This document shows positions 11,744 to 23,527 of a DNA stretch of 64,000 nt, piece after piece. Below the pieces are notes generated by a model, which saw only the letters and a list, made by a program, of their open reading frames with translations, made no database searches and was not told the DNA's origin. The stretch comes from Octopus sinensis (taxonomy: Eukaryota): the NCBI RefSeq assembly GCF_006345805.1, contig NW_021836150.1, forward strand, positions 62,001 to 126,000. The letters are read 5' to 3'. Each line of letters opens with the position of its first letter. Positions within the stretch are counted from its first letter, which is position 1. The translations under genes were made by a program, and so were the position numbers.

Positions 11744-12031
11744 CATATAATACCATACTTTTTTCATCGCGTCCAAGTCGATTGGAAGCCTGACATGTAT
11801 AAACTCCATAATCATCTTTTGCTATCTGTCTTATACGCAAGCTTAGTGTGATGGTATATTCATCATCACCATAAGCATCTATTCTATACTTCCATCCCGT
11901 TTGCAATTCTGTACCATTCTTTCTCCACATTGTAACACCTTGTGGCATAGCAGTTATTTTGCATTCTAATATTGTCTCTTTTGCTAATGCTTGTCCAATT
12001 CTTTTGGTAGGTAAATAAATCTCTGGTGCAA
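11744..12031 (-). CDS. Internal exon encoding an I-set Ig domain of a Lachesin/DIP/IgLON-like neural cell-adhesion protein (probably the third Ig domain)
   Basis: Polypyrimidine tract plus TTTCAG acceptor at 12032-12033 and G|GTAAGT donor at 11742-11743. 288 nt, phase 1-1, open frame: APEIYLPTKRIGQALAKETILECKITAMPQGVTMWRKNGT...LSLRIRQIAKDDYGVYTCQASNRLGRDEKSMVLY, with canonical C...W...DxGxYxC and an NGT sequon. Confidence 0.92.
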
Positions 12032-12964
12032 CTGAAAAACAGAAAAAAAAACAAAACAAATAAATAAATATAGCATAAATAAGAACCAAATCAAATGGCT
12101 AAAATAAAGGCGAGGTTTGTTCAGATTTTGCAAGATGGTATATTTTATTGCAAGAAGAAGAAAGATTACTATATAGATATTGAAATTTGACCCATGCAGA
12201 AAGAATACTGAAAATATATTGAGAGGCTGCAGAAAGAGAACAATCTGTATAGTTGTTTAGTGTAAACAGATTGTGTGATAGGAATAGTCATAATTCATGG
12301 AACTGTTAATTCTTCCGCCTGTAGCAATGAATTATGCAGGTTTAAACATTTGTATATCATTGAATGTATTGGATATGATAGAAAGGAGTGAGCTCTCAGT
12401 GGCTCTTAGCACATTATTTAAAAATATCTACAGTTATAATCCAATAAACCATTGTTTCAGAACAACTTCTCTTTACAAAGTCAGCATTTTTAGTTCTTTC
12501 TTTTTTTTTGCCCAACCAAATTCGGTATCTTCTACAACTTCGTATCCAAACAGTAAATCCTCAATCATAGAATATGAATGATAATTATCAGAAAAGAACA
12601 CTGAGAAGAATTAGAATTATTTGCGTTGCCATGGGATTTAACAAATGAAATGGAGGAATGTGTCAACTAGAACTTATGACCTTGTGACTTCATTCATGCA
12701 CTAAGGACTTTATTCCTACTCTTTTGTATGATGAACCACATTCAGACATTCTAAAAAGACCATATTACGTACAATTTTCATAATAGAAATTTTAATAAAG
12801 TGGTGATTGAGAAACAACTTCATCTCTGGATTGCTACTTAATTACTATAACAGAATAGATGTGTCAGAATGGCATAAAATGATATTCTAAATATTTACTT
12901 ATTAAACACTTACAGAAGTTACTTTTTAAAGATTATAAATGCATTATTCTTCAAGATGAAAAGT

Positions 12965-13240
12965 ACTGGTGCTGCTGCCATGTAAAAAGCACTGATGATG
13001 GTGCCACATAAAAAGCACTAGTGCTGGCTGCATGGTAAAAGCATTAGTGTTGATACCACATAAAATGCCCCCAGTACACTCTGTAAAGTGGTTGGCATTA
13101 GGAAGGGCATCAAGCTGTAGAAACCATGTCAAAACAGACAATGCAACCTGGTCCAGCTCCTGGCCTTGCCAGCTACCATCAAGCCACCCAACCCACACCA
13201 GCAAAGAAAACAGACGTTAATTGAGGATGATGATGAAGAA
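12965..13240 (+). mobile_element. Family D 3' end with four hairpin units
   Basis: Four CCA(C/T)(A/G)TAAAA-GCAC-like units, then the D core and a GAT tail. Confidence 0.8.
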
Positions 13241-13390
13241 GAAACTGCAGGAATATAGGCCCTGTTTTTGTAATAAAGCTAAATAATTTTACATATCTCA
13301 TTAAGTGTTTATACAAATTTTGTTTTGAGCCAAAAGTAGAAAAATGTATAAATAGTGAATCTTTTGTGATTTTAAGTTGACAATCATAAT

Positions 13391-13465
13391 TGCTGAGACC
13401 CCCTTCGGTCATGACTGACCATGGGATTGCATGACTGACTGTGGGATGCATGACTGACCGTGGGA
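13391..13465. mobile_element. 75-bp insertion with a 14-bp target-site duplication and three about 20-bp tandem units
   Basis: TTGACAATCATAAT at 13377-13390 and 13466-13479 flanks TGCTGAGACCCCCTTCGGT followed by three CATGACTGACC(A/G)TGGGAT(T)G-like units. Confidence 0.8.
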
Positions 13466-13757
13466 TTGACAATCATAATATGTTCTACTAATTTGAGGTA
13501 AAGCAGCTAAGGTAGATTATGCTATCTAGTTTAATATCTCATTGATGTGAATTTTCTATGAGGTTTTTTATTGTTTAGTTACTAGTTCAATCTATACAAC
13601 TTATCAGCTCAAAACCTTAGCTTTGTTGCAAGTTAAAAAATTGCCAATATTTGTTGCTGTTTAGCTAGTTAAACCTTTTAAAAAAGAATTATGATGGAAA
13701 GGCTTCCCAATGATGACCAATTCATTTTTTGTACAGATATTGGCTGTGTGGTAAGTA

Positions 13758-14177
13758 CAGGAGTGGCTGTGTGATAAGTAGCTTGTTTACCAACCACATG
13801 GTTCTGGGTTCAGTCCCACTGTATGGCACCTTGGGCAAGTGTCTTCTGCTATAGCCTCGGGCCGACCAAAGCCTTGTGAGTGGATTTGGTAGACGGAAAC
13901 TGAAAGAAGCCCGTCGTATATATGTATATATATATGTGTGTGTGTGCGTGCGTGTATGTTTGTATGTCTGTGTTTGTCCCCCGAACATCGCTTGACAACC
14001 GATGCTGGTGTGTTTATGTCCCCGTCACTTAGCGGTTCGGCAAAAGAACCGATAGAATAAGTACTGGGCTTACAAAGAATAAGTCCCGGGGTCGAGTTGC
14101 TCGATTAAAGGCGGTGCTCCAGCATGGCCACAGTCAAATGACTGAAACAAGTAAAAGAGTAAAAAGAGTAAAGAGTA
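13758..14177 (+). mobile_element. SINE family A, full length
   Basis: tRNA-like head, microsatellite linker and (AAGAGT)n tail. Confidence 0.9.
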
Positions 14178-16236
14178 TATTGTGCATCTAGAATAACATA
14201 ATCCAATGTGATTCTCCATTTTTGTGAGGAGAAACACACTGGATAATGTTGTGATCTGAAGGAAATTGGGTTACTACTTTTCTAAGTTGAGCAACCATAT
14301 ACAGTCGCTTTTGTTTACTCATACCTATCATCATAAAATAGAATGGTTGAATACGTAATCATTGTTACTTGTGAACTTCAGTAAAATACTTTTAACTGCA
14401 GGAGTAAGGGTTCTGTTATAATCATAATTCTCTTTATACCATTAAAAAATATTATTGTTGCTGTTGTTGTTTTCTATTTTGCATTAATTTATTCCAATTC
14501 TAATATGGTCACTTAACTATAAGGGACAACACACTATTGGACAATAATAACACTCACTACACTGCCTCAGCAATATACTGGAAGATAATCAGGCACATAA
14601 TACAATACCACTAACCAACTATACACAGTACATATGAAAATATAAATAGGGCCCAATACAGAATAAGATATGTGTGCAGACAGAGCTTTGTGCTTAAGAA
14701 GTTTACTTTACAGTTATGTGACTTCAGGTTCAATCTCACAGCAAGGTACTATAGTGAAATTAATGGACTGAAACTAGAATTCTTGTTGGTGACAAATTTA
14801 ACACATCAGCTGGATCCTTGGTACCTTTAGAGTAGTACACACTTTCGCAAGCATTTTGAGCAGGTCTCCAGTATAAAGATAATACCTTCTTTCCTTATTA
14901 TCAACTAAGCCATTAAAAGAGAAAAAAATGCATTTTAGACAATATCTTGTTTAAGTTTAGGTAAGGCTTGATCAAGAAGACGTATAAGGAGAGACATTTA
15001 AGTCATAAGAACTTTGAGTTTTTTAAAAGATATGTAGGTCTATTACCTTGGTTAAAACTAGCTTGCTTACTTACTTTAGATGTTACAATAATAATAGATA
15101 CAAGAATTGTGGAACTTAATAAAGACTACTTGTTTTTCAGTAGAGCTATATATCTAGCTTTAAAACTACATAGCAAGCAAGATCAATAGGTGAACACTGG
15201 GTGTTGAGAGAGAATTAATTTTAGAATTTAACGTTTATTATTTGCATGATCCTTACCCTATTTAATTTTCCTGAATCTTTCTATTTATTTTTGTATATTT
15301 TATCATTATTTCTATAAATTTTCTGAATAATTACAATGATTCCAGTATTACTGAACAACTGACCATGATTTGCTTTTAGTTTTTTCCTCCTTTTTAAAAC
15401 TAATTATATGCAAAGCTAAAATATATAGGATTACTATTGAAAACCCATTACTTTAAGCTATAATGTGATATCTCTGGTAATGAAATAAATTTGCACTTCC
15501 CTGCTGTTATATAAAGAAAAGGAATACAATATTGCTGTATCAAGATAAGGAATACTTCACTGCAGAAAACTACATTGCTGCAACTGAATCTTTAAGAAAA
15601 CCTCCATATGGTCATTCAATTTGCTAGAAGTAACAGCCATATTTCACTGAAATAACACCATCTGGTTTTAAAAAGCAAAGGACAATACATAAATAACATC
15701 CAAGATATGGTATGTCTGAAAATAAGACAGAATGGTCTTGGCTGAAACATCACTTCACCATACCTCAGGCTGATTATTGTAGGCCTGGGAGTAAATAACA
15801 AATTTCCCTTCGTCTGCAAAAATGGTCTTAGATATACTATATCTAAGAAAAGGATGAGATGATCATGTTTGGAACAACTTTTTCTACAAGTTTAATCTGA
15901 GCTTAGATATAAGCAAGATGGATTATATACATAATACAGTCATACAGATCAGTAGCAAGTAACCATTTCTAAAAGGATTGAATAAAAACAGTTGCATTAA
16001 AGCCATCAACACATTCCTGACACAGTCAACAATGATCCACCATTATTTCTTCTCATTTATTAAAAAGAAAAAAAAGGAACAGCTTTGGATTAGATAATGT
16101 TGAAAAGTGATAGAGTGGTAATCCAGAAAACATCCAGCCTCGGAAAACATGAAACGAGAAGAATTAAGTGAAACCAACAGATTTTATGTAAACACAAACA
16201 CACATCAATATTTGGCATTATGAATAGCTATATATA

Positions 16237-16276
<40 letters not shown>

Positions 16277-18084
16277 TTATATATAAACAGCCAAACATTA
16301 ACTGAAGGATCAGCCAATACATTTAAGTAGAATATCACACTAATATTTTTTTAAAGCAAAAGTTGATAGTGACCTCAAAATTCTGACTCAAATGCATTCA
16401 TACCACAACTACCACCTCTTCTTCAATGAAACCACCAATACCACCAACAGAAGAAGGTAAGAGAGAAAGGAAGAGAAAGTGGGAGAGAGAGAGAGGGATG
16501 GATAGATGATTAGAGGAATAAATAGATGGATAAACACAGAGATTGTCCAGAAACTTACTGGTATTTAAGTGAATACATTGCTGAGAAGTATAGAACATTA
16601 GCAACTTTTATTGTTTGAATATACAGAATTTTGTGTATACTTCATATGTAACACGTCATCCAAAATTGAAATCACCATGCAATGTTGGGCAGGCCAGCTG
16701 AAGTATTCTGCCCTTGACAATAGCATATTTCAACTGACCTAGCCACCTGTCCATGATGGCCTTTAATAAAATTCAGACAAAGTGTTTACTTTATTTGAAT
16801 AACCAAGATACCATTAAAAAAAAAAAAATTACAAAAACGTAATATTGTCTATTCTGCTAATTCATAGCTTTGGGAATGGTGTCACATGAAATGCTCAATA
16901 TTGCTAAGCAAGGAACACTCCATTCCTCATCAGTGAAATTACTGTCACTTCAACCATTTTAAAAACCACCAAGTTTCCCTACAGGATTATGTTGGTGGAA
17001 TGTAGATGGATAGGTAGCTGGGTAAGAAGATAGATAGGTAGACAGATAACTATATAAGTACATAGACTGATAGATCAAAAGAAAGAAGAAAAAAACAGCT
17101 ACACCTTTAGAAGGAAACAAAGGAGTCAAGCAATTTCAATGACAAAAGAATTCTGCTTACAAAAACATTGCAAGAGTTTGATTTGATGAGTTAGATTACT
17201 TTATTTAATACCAACAATGTTTGACAAAAGAATATGTTTTTTTAAAGACTTGACATTTATTAGATCAGCTATATTATTTCATTCAGTGTACATTTAATAT
17301 TTATGGTAAAGAAAGGAACAAAATATATGGTTAACCGAAAGCAAAACCTAGACAGACAACCATTTTAATTCAGTTTGATAGAATGAGAGAACAACTAATT
17401 ATTTCCCAATAACTTATGCTACCCACCTCTTCATCAAATTGACATTTACTCCATATTTATAAAAATAGAAGGGAAACTTTTTTTAAATGTTATTACTTCT
17501 CAAGGTTTTAATTCTATTCAAAGACAATGGCAATGTTAATGCTATTCTTAAAGTCGATTACTTTTTAAACATTTCTGTGCTAAGTTAAAATTGATTATGA
17601 GTGATATCTTTTATCAAACCTAAGAATGTTGGCAATAATCTTTGGATGGAAGAACAACATGAGTTATTAAATATCTGATAATTAAAATTTTTACAAGTAA
17701 ACTATATTAATAGACCTTTCAAGTGAGTTCATAAATCAGGAATATATTAGTTTACTTTGATAGATTCAATTGCAAAATCAATTACTGATCTGCAAAGTGC
17801 ATAGAATTCAAATTGTGGTCAGAGCAATTTATATATGTGATGAAAACTGTTTCTCTCTGCCTTTAAGAAGTAAATTACAGCTGATTCTCTAAGTCCTTCT
17901 ACTCCCAACAATTGATCATAGCTTTTTTCTTTTTTTAAATAAATTCTGAAAGTAGTTATACCAAGTAGTATCAATAAAATGCATTTGCACTGCAAGATAC
18001 AATTTGCACTGCTCATTCATCTAAGCAGGTAATATACAAATAGAACAATGAATCATATTCTGATACTCTATGCCATGTGGTTTC

Positions 18085-18530
18085 AAATAATATTGTGATG
18101 TATTAACTGATGACACCAACACTAGAGAGGTAGCTGTGTCCACAGAACTAAATGGATGTCACAAGCCTGTGGTTTACAGAGTGAGAAGTATGAATGATAG
18201 TCATGAGAGGGATGTCCAGTAAGGTTGGAGGGATAGAAGTAAGCAGTTTTCTGAGATGGGCATGTATATTCAATGCAACACAATGTGACCGAGATAGTAC
18301 AGGGATGATAGAGGTCTTTGTGGTCCAGGGAACAGAGCAATGACAGAACCCTGCAATGTATGGGAGAGAAGGAGAGAGAGAATATAGTGGCAGTCAGAGT
18401 GTTACAGGGTACTGGAAGGTAGTATAAAACAGGACAGTGGAGGTAGAATGAAGTGGGCGAAGCCATGCAGTGTAGCTCTTTGTACATAGGCTGTGAGATG
18501 GAGTCGAAGGTATAACAATGTCATTCTGCA
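18085..18530 (-). mobile_element. Decayed CR1/L2-like LINE 3' region
   Basis: The minus frame ends in LWTQLP (about LWNxLP), preceded by an HP-containing stretch. Heavily mutated. Confidence 0.4.
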
Positions 18531-18540
18531 ATCTTTGTGG

Positions 18541-18920
18541 TGGAAGCACTCCGTTGGTTACGACGACGAGGGTTCTGGTTGATCCGATCAACGGAACAGC
18601 CTGCTCGTGAAATTAACGTGTAAGTGGCTGAGCACTCCACAGACACGTGTACCCTTAACGCAGTTCTCGGGGATATTCAGCGTGACACAGAGAGTGACAA
18701 GGCTGGCCTCTTTGAAATACAGGTACAACAGAAACAGGAAGTAAGAGTGAGAGAAAGTTGTGGTGAAAGAGTACAGCAGGGATCACCACCATCCCTGCCA
18801 GAGCCTCGTGGAGCTTTAGGTGTTTTTGCTCAATAAACACTCACAACGCCTGGTCTGGGAATCGAAACCACGATCCTACGACCGCAAGTCCGCTGCCCTA
18901 ACCACTGGGCCATTGCGCCT
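18541..18920 (-). mobile_element. tRNA-headed SINE family B (possibly related to the reported octopus OR1/OR2 SINEs)
   Basis: Head (G)AGGCGCAATGGCCCAGTGGTTAGGGCAGCGGACT...GGTTTCGATTCCCAGACC with A and B boxes, then a non-tRNA body. Near-identical copy at 25834-26224. Confidence 0.9.
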
Positions 18921-19434
18921 TCTTACAACTATATGTCTCTCACGAAGAGCCTTACAACTATATGTCTCCCACGAAGAGCCCAGAAAATCCCAAACATCAG
19001 AAAATGTATTTTCCTTCTAAAACTAAGCTACAAACAAGCATATAGGAGGAATTGTGGATGGCTTTTCTTAGATAGCTATATTGCAAAATATGTGACAAAA
19101 TATACTGCTGCTACTGCTACTACTACTACAGAGACCAACACAAGACAATATATTATGTTCACAGCAGAATACACACATAATCTTAAACCCCATTAAAGAT
19201 TAAATATTCCATTATTCAACCATCATGAAAATGTGACAAACCTGACTAAAACCTGAAGTAAAGTGATGGCGGGGTGTCAGTATTTTCAGTAATGACTTAA
19301 AATTATCACTGTATCACAGGTAGCTTGGACACAAAATCTATCATAAAATGACAAAGGTGACTTGGTCATAACTACTGCAGAAACTGATAACTACTTCAAT
19401 GGAGAGTGTACAGTCTATGTGAGAATCAGTTTAA

Positions 19435-19880
19435 CCCTTTTGAGTCATGTTCCTAGTGTAGCAGGAATAACTTAAATGTAATCTCTATCGGATTCCTGTT
19501 AAAGTGGTAATGGACACCATTGCAGAAAAAGATAAAATACTGAAAACAGACAACTGATCACATTGTAGCTCTGTAGCCAAGTGTGTTAATGACTTATTGT
19601 CAATAGTGTTGTTTACTTTTGATTTTGATCAGGAAAAAAAACCCCAAAAAAACCAGAATGGATTTATTTCCTATGAAATGAGCATGTGATGAAACCAACA
19701 CTTTGTCTGGTAAATGAGCAAGGCTTGGACTCTTTACAGTTGAGGAAATTATTGATGATGTTTATTCTTCAGCTGAAGAGTTTACCCAAATGCAGACAAT
19801 GAGAGGGATTCGGACAGTCAAACAAGTGAAAGTGATGAGGGAAGTAGTGATTTGCAACAAATATGGGAGTTGAGAGATAG
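19435..19880 (+). mobile_element. Decayed piggyBac left end and acidic transposase N-terminus
   Basis: TTAA-CCCTTTT at 19431-19441. Around 19735-19860 it reads TVEEIIDDVYSSAEE...NERDSDSQTSESDEGSSD across a frameshift. No clear right end. Confidence 0.4.
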
Positions 19881-20740
19881 TCCCATTATTGTTATTCTGA
19901 ATATTTTTGTGATTCTATCCATTAGTTTACCTGCAATCATTACTTTTGAGCTGTGTATGCAGGTATTTATTATTTTGGCTCAGGAACCAGGTGGAGGTTA
20001 AAGTTAGACATAGGGCCCAGATCTGAGGGAGTTAACACAAACATCCCAGAGACATCTTAGGTTAATGTTTCACTTACAGAGAGGAAATAGCAATCGTGTT
20101 GACCATCAGATAGAGAGACAGAGCTCTGTGACCTAAATAACAATGTATAAGAAGGAGCAATACTCTTCCATTAAAAATACCGACAAATATTTCCAGTATA
20201 ACTAAATTAACTGCTATATTACAAATGTGAAAGGATTTATATAGATAGTAATAATGTTAGACCGAGAGAAGAAAATTTGCAAACGAGAAAAAGTTGAGAA
20301 AGAAAATTTGCAAACGAGGAAAAGTTGACAAAGAGAATAAACAGCATCAGATGTTTGAGGAAGGAACTTAGAAGCCCTTACTAGTTTTTGTTATACTGTC
20401 AATTGGATTAATTTCAAAGCTAATGATTTTCATTTGGATTTGCATAATAGATTTCTGTTTAGATATACATCAAAGAAAAAGTAATGAGAAAAAGATCAAA
20501 ATTAACTAAAGTAAGTAAATGATACAATCTATAGATTAATGATCAACAACATATGTCTTTAGTGTCCTGGAAAAATTCAATCAAAGTGACAAAGACAGAC
20601 TTATGGACTGGAATTACACAAATATAATATACATAATATGTACATACATAAACTTGTACTTCTATAGATATAATATACATTAATACATGCAAATAAATAA
20701 AATACACATATATACATACACAAACACATATATATTCACA

Positions 20741-20785
20741 ACCCGTGCTAGCACGGAAAACGGACGTTAAACGATGATGATGATG
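20741..20785 (+). mobile_element. Minimal family D insertion (terminal palindrome plus tail only)
   Basis: ACCCGTGCTAGCACGGAAAACGGACGTTAAACGATGATGATGATG. Confidence 0.8.
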
Positions 20786-21326
20786 TAATTACAAGATTAA
20801 CTACTTGAAAAAAATGTAACTTGAAACTTTCCATTAGAAGGTTGATGGAGAGAAAGAAAGGATCAGCAACAGAGAAACAGAAACAAAGGAACAGACAGAG
20901 GTGGGGGACACAGGGAATTACACATTGTTGGATAGACAGAGACACAAAAATGGTACCTAAAAGATAAGAAATTACATGAAAAGAAATAAATGTAGAGACA
21001 AATTGATAGCAACAGAATTAAAGAAAAAACAAGAGGAGAGACAGAAGAAAGATGGATAAGAAAGAAGTCAAGAGAGAAAAGACAATGAAAAAGCTACAAA
21101 GCAAAGACCATCCTTGAAATAGTGTATTTTAAGGATAGTGTCTGTTGTTAGAGTAATGCATTTAATACATACAACATGGAATTGATAGCATTTTATAATG
21201 CAAATGCTGTCTTTGATTCTAGCAGGATTAACTGGTAGCACTGCAGTTACTTGCTCAAGATATGCATAATTAATTCTATAATCCCTTGAACACAATTGTA
21301 TACATTCAGCTGCTTATATTTAATAG

Positions 21327-21634
21327 GTGGAGGCGCAATGGCCCAGTGGTTAGGGCAGCAGACTCGCGGTCGTAGGATCGCGGTTTCGATTCCTAGACTG
21401 GGCGTTGTGTGTGTTTATTGAGCGAAAACACCTAAAAAAGCTCCACGAGGCTCCGGCAGGGGGTGGTGATCCTTGCTGTACTCTTTCACCACTCTTTCTC
21501 TCATTCTTTCTTCTGTTGGCCTGCTCACTTAGCCTGCGGGGTGGCGTCATTCGAAGGCTAAAACAATGCAAACGCATTGTGACCAGCGATGTGTAGTAAC
21601 ATCTGATAGTCTGGTCGGTCACGTGATCACGTGA
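21327..21634 (+). mobile_element. SINE family B' (B head and body, different 3' end) with a 10-bp TSD
   Basis: TATTTAATAG at 21317-21326 and 21635-21644. Matches family B over about 170 bp, then diverges and ends in TCACGTGATCACGTGA. Confidence 0.88.
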
Positions 21635-22014
21635 TATTTAATAGATGATATTGTAGAAGCTGATCCATGTTAGCAACACTTTCAATTACAATTATTATCA
21701 GGCATTTCAGTTTATATTACTAAAATTCTATGGAAATGTATGAGTGTCACCTCATCATCATGACTTTTTCATTTCATATTAGAGTCCTTATGTTGAACCA
21801 AAGTATATCCTTACTACTTTTCCAATTATGAATATTAATTTACTGGATTCAGCATTATCTTTCATACTATATTTTATAATATCTTTGGTTATAAGTTTCC
21901 AGCAAGCCAGCTACCAGATCATTCAATATGTGAAATACTAATTCCCTTTTGGAAACTTAAAGTGACAAAAGATTGCCTGTGAAACTTGTTGCGGAACAAA
22001 TACCACACAGAATA

Positions 22015-22940
22015 TTTTGCTGAGCCTCGTCCCGAAAGATCTGTAGAGCTCGACAAAGACATTTTGCAAACCCTGGTGGAACAAAATCCCATCCTAACTG
22101 ATGAGAAACTAGCAGAGAAGCTTGGATTTGGTCATTCAACCATTCATTGACACCTGTGTGCCATCAGAAAAGTCAGCAAATTGGGTCAATGAGTTCCTCA
22201 CAAACTTTCTGAGTCTAATCATATGTAGAGAGTGAATGTGTGCTCTTCTTTTCTGTCACATCTCATGAATGAACCTTTTTTGGACTGCATTAAGACTGGT
22301 GATGAGAAATGGGTTCACTATAAAAATGTCAAGTGAAGAAGACAGTGGGTAGGGAAAAGAGAAATACTGGCACCCCAGGCTAAAGAAGGTCTTCACCCAT
22401 GTAAGGTGTTGTTATTTGTTTGGTGGGATATGAAAGGTTTAGTCCACTTTGAACTTTTAAACCCAAACCAAATGATAAGAAAGGAGATCTACTGTGAGTA
22501 GCTTGAGCGGCTTAAGTCAGCACTAGAAGGAAAATGACCATCTTTGGCTTCAAGATGAAAGGTGTTCTTCCATTAGGATAATGCTCAGCCACATACAGCG
22601 AGGATGACATTCCAAAGGCTGAATGGAAAATGATGCCCCACCCACTATATTCACCGGACATTGCCCCATCTGATTATCATTTATTTTGCTGTCTTCAAAA
22701 TCACTTGGATGGAAAAAATATGAATTCGGTAGATGAGATCAGAACAGTCATGGAGGAGTATTTTTTGTCACAGACAAGTGGATTTTGGAAGTGGGACCGT
22801 ATAAATCTACCAGATAGATGGAAGAGCATAGTAGAAAATAAAGGAGAGTATATTTTCGATTAAAAAAGAACTTTGCTTATCTTAATTCTGAAAAAGAAAA
22901 GAAGTATAAAAAAACTGCATTATTTATGTGATGACCCATT
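22015..22940 (+). mobile_element. 5'-truncated mariner (D,D34D-type) transposase pseudogene with right TIR
   Basis: TGDEKW, DNA.PH and YSPDIAPSDYHLF motifs with multiple stops. Right TIR ACTGCATTATTTATGTGATGACCCA. Confidence 0.9.
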
Positions 22941-23344
22941 ATTTAGTCTGTGTCTATCAAATTTCCCTAACAAAACACTGGTCTACTTAAGACTGTTTTA
23001 ATAAGAGGACACTTTACTAAGGTGCTACATGGTAGGATTAAGCCACAAACCACATAGGTGTAAAGCAAATTTCTGATCCACACAGTCATGCCTGCACCCA
23101 TACAATAATCTAATAATTTTACATGACATCTGTCCACCTGGAGGTATGAAATGTAAAATCAACACCACTAGACTTGAATTTAGGATACAAAAGAACTTTA
23201 ACTAAATACCACAGCCTGTTACTTTATTATGTATAAGAAAATATCAGTACTCAAGCCAGGAACACAGCAGAATAAAATCATTTGACAATACTCTCAATGT
23301 CCCCAAAACTGATTTTGCACTCGATCAAAATAAATCATTATTCT

Positions 23345-23527
23345 CCACGTAAAAAGCACCCACTACACTCGCGGAGTGGTTGGCATTAGGTAGGGCATCC
23401 AGCTGAAGAAACACTGCCATATCAGACTGGAGCCTGGTGCAGCCCCTGGCTTCCCAGACCCTGGTCGAACCATCCAACCCGTGCTAGCGTGGAAAACGGA
23501 CGTTAAACGATGATGATGATGATGATG
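23345..23527 (+). mobile_element. Family D 3' end
   Basis: Starts at the last hairpin unit (CCACGTAAAAAGCACC) and ends in (GAT)n. Confidence 0.85.

Noticed and set aside
18845-18920. tRNA genes at SINE heads (also 21329, 26150-26224, 56122, 13758)
   Set aside because: A and B boxes are present, but there is no complete cloverleaf and each continues into a repeated SINE body.
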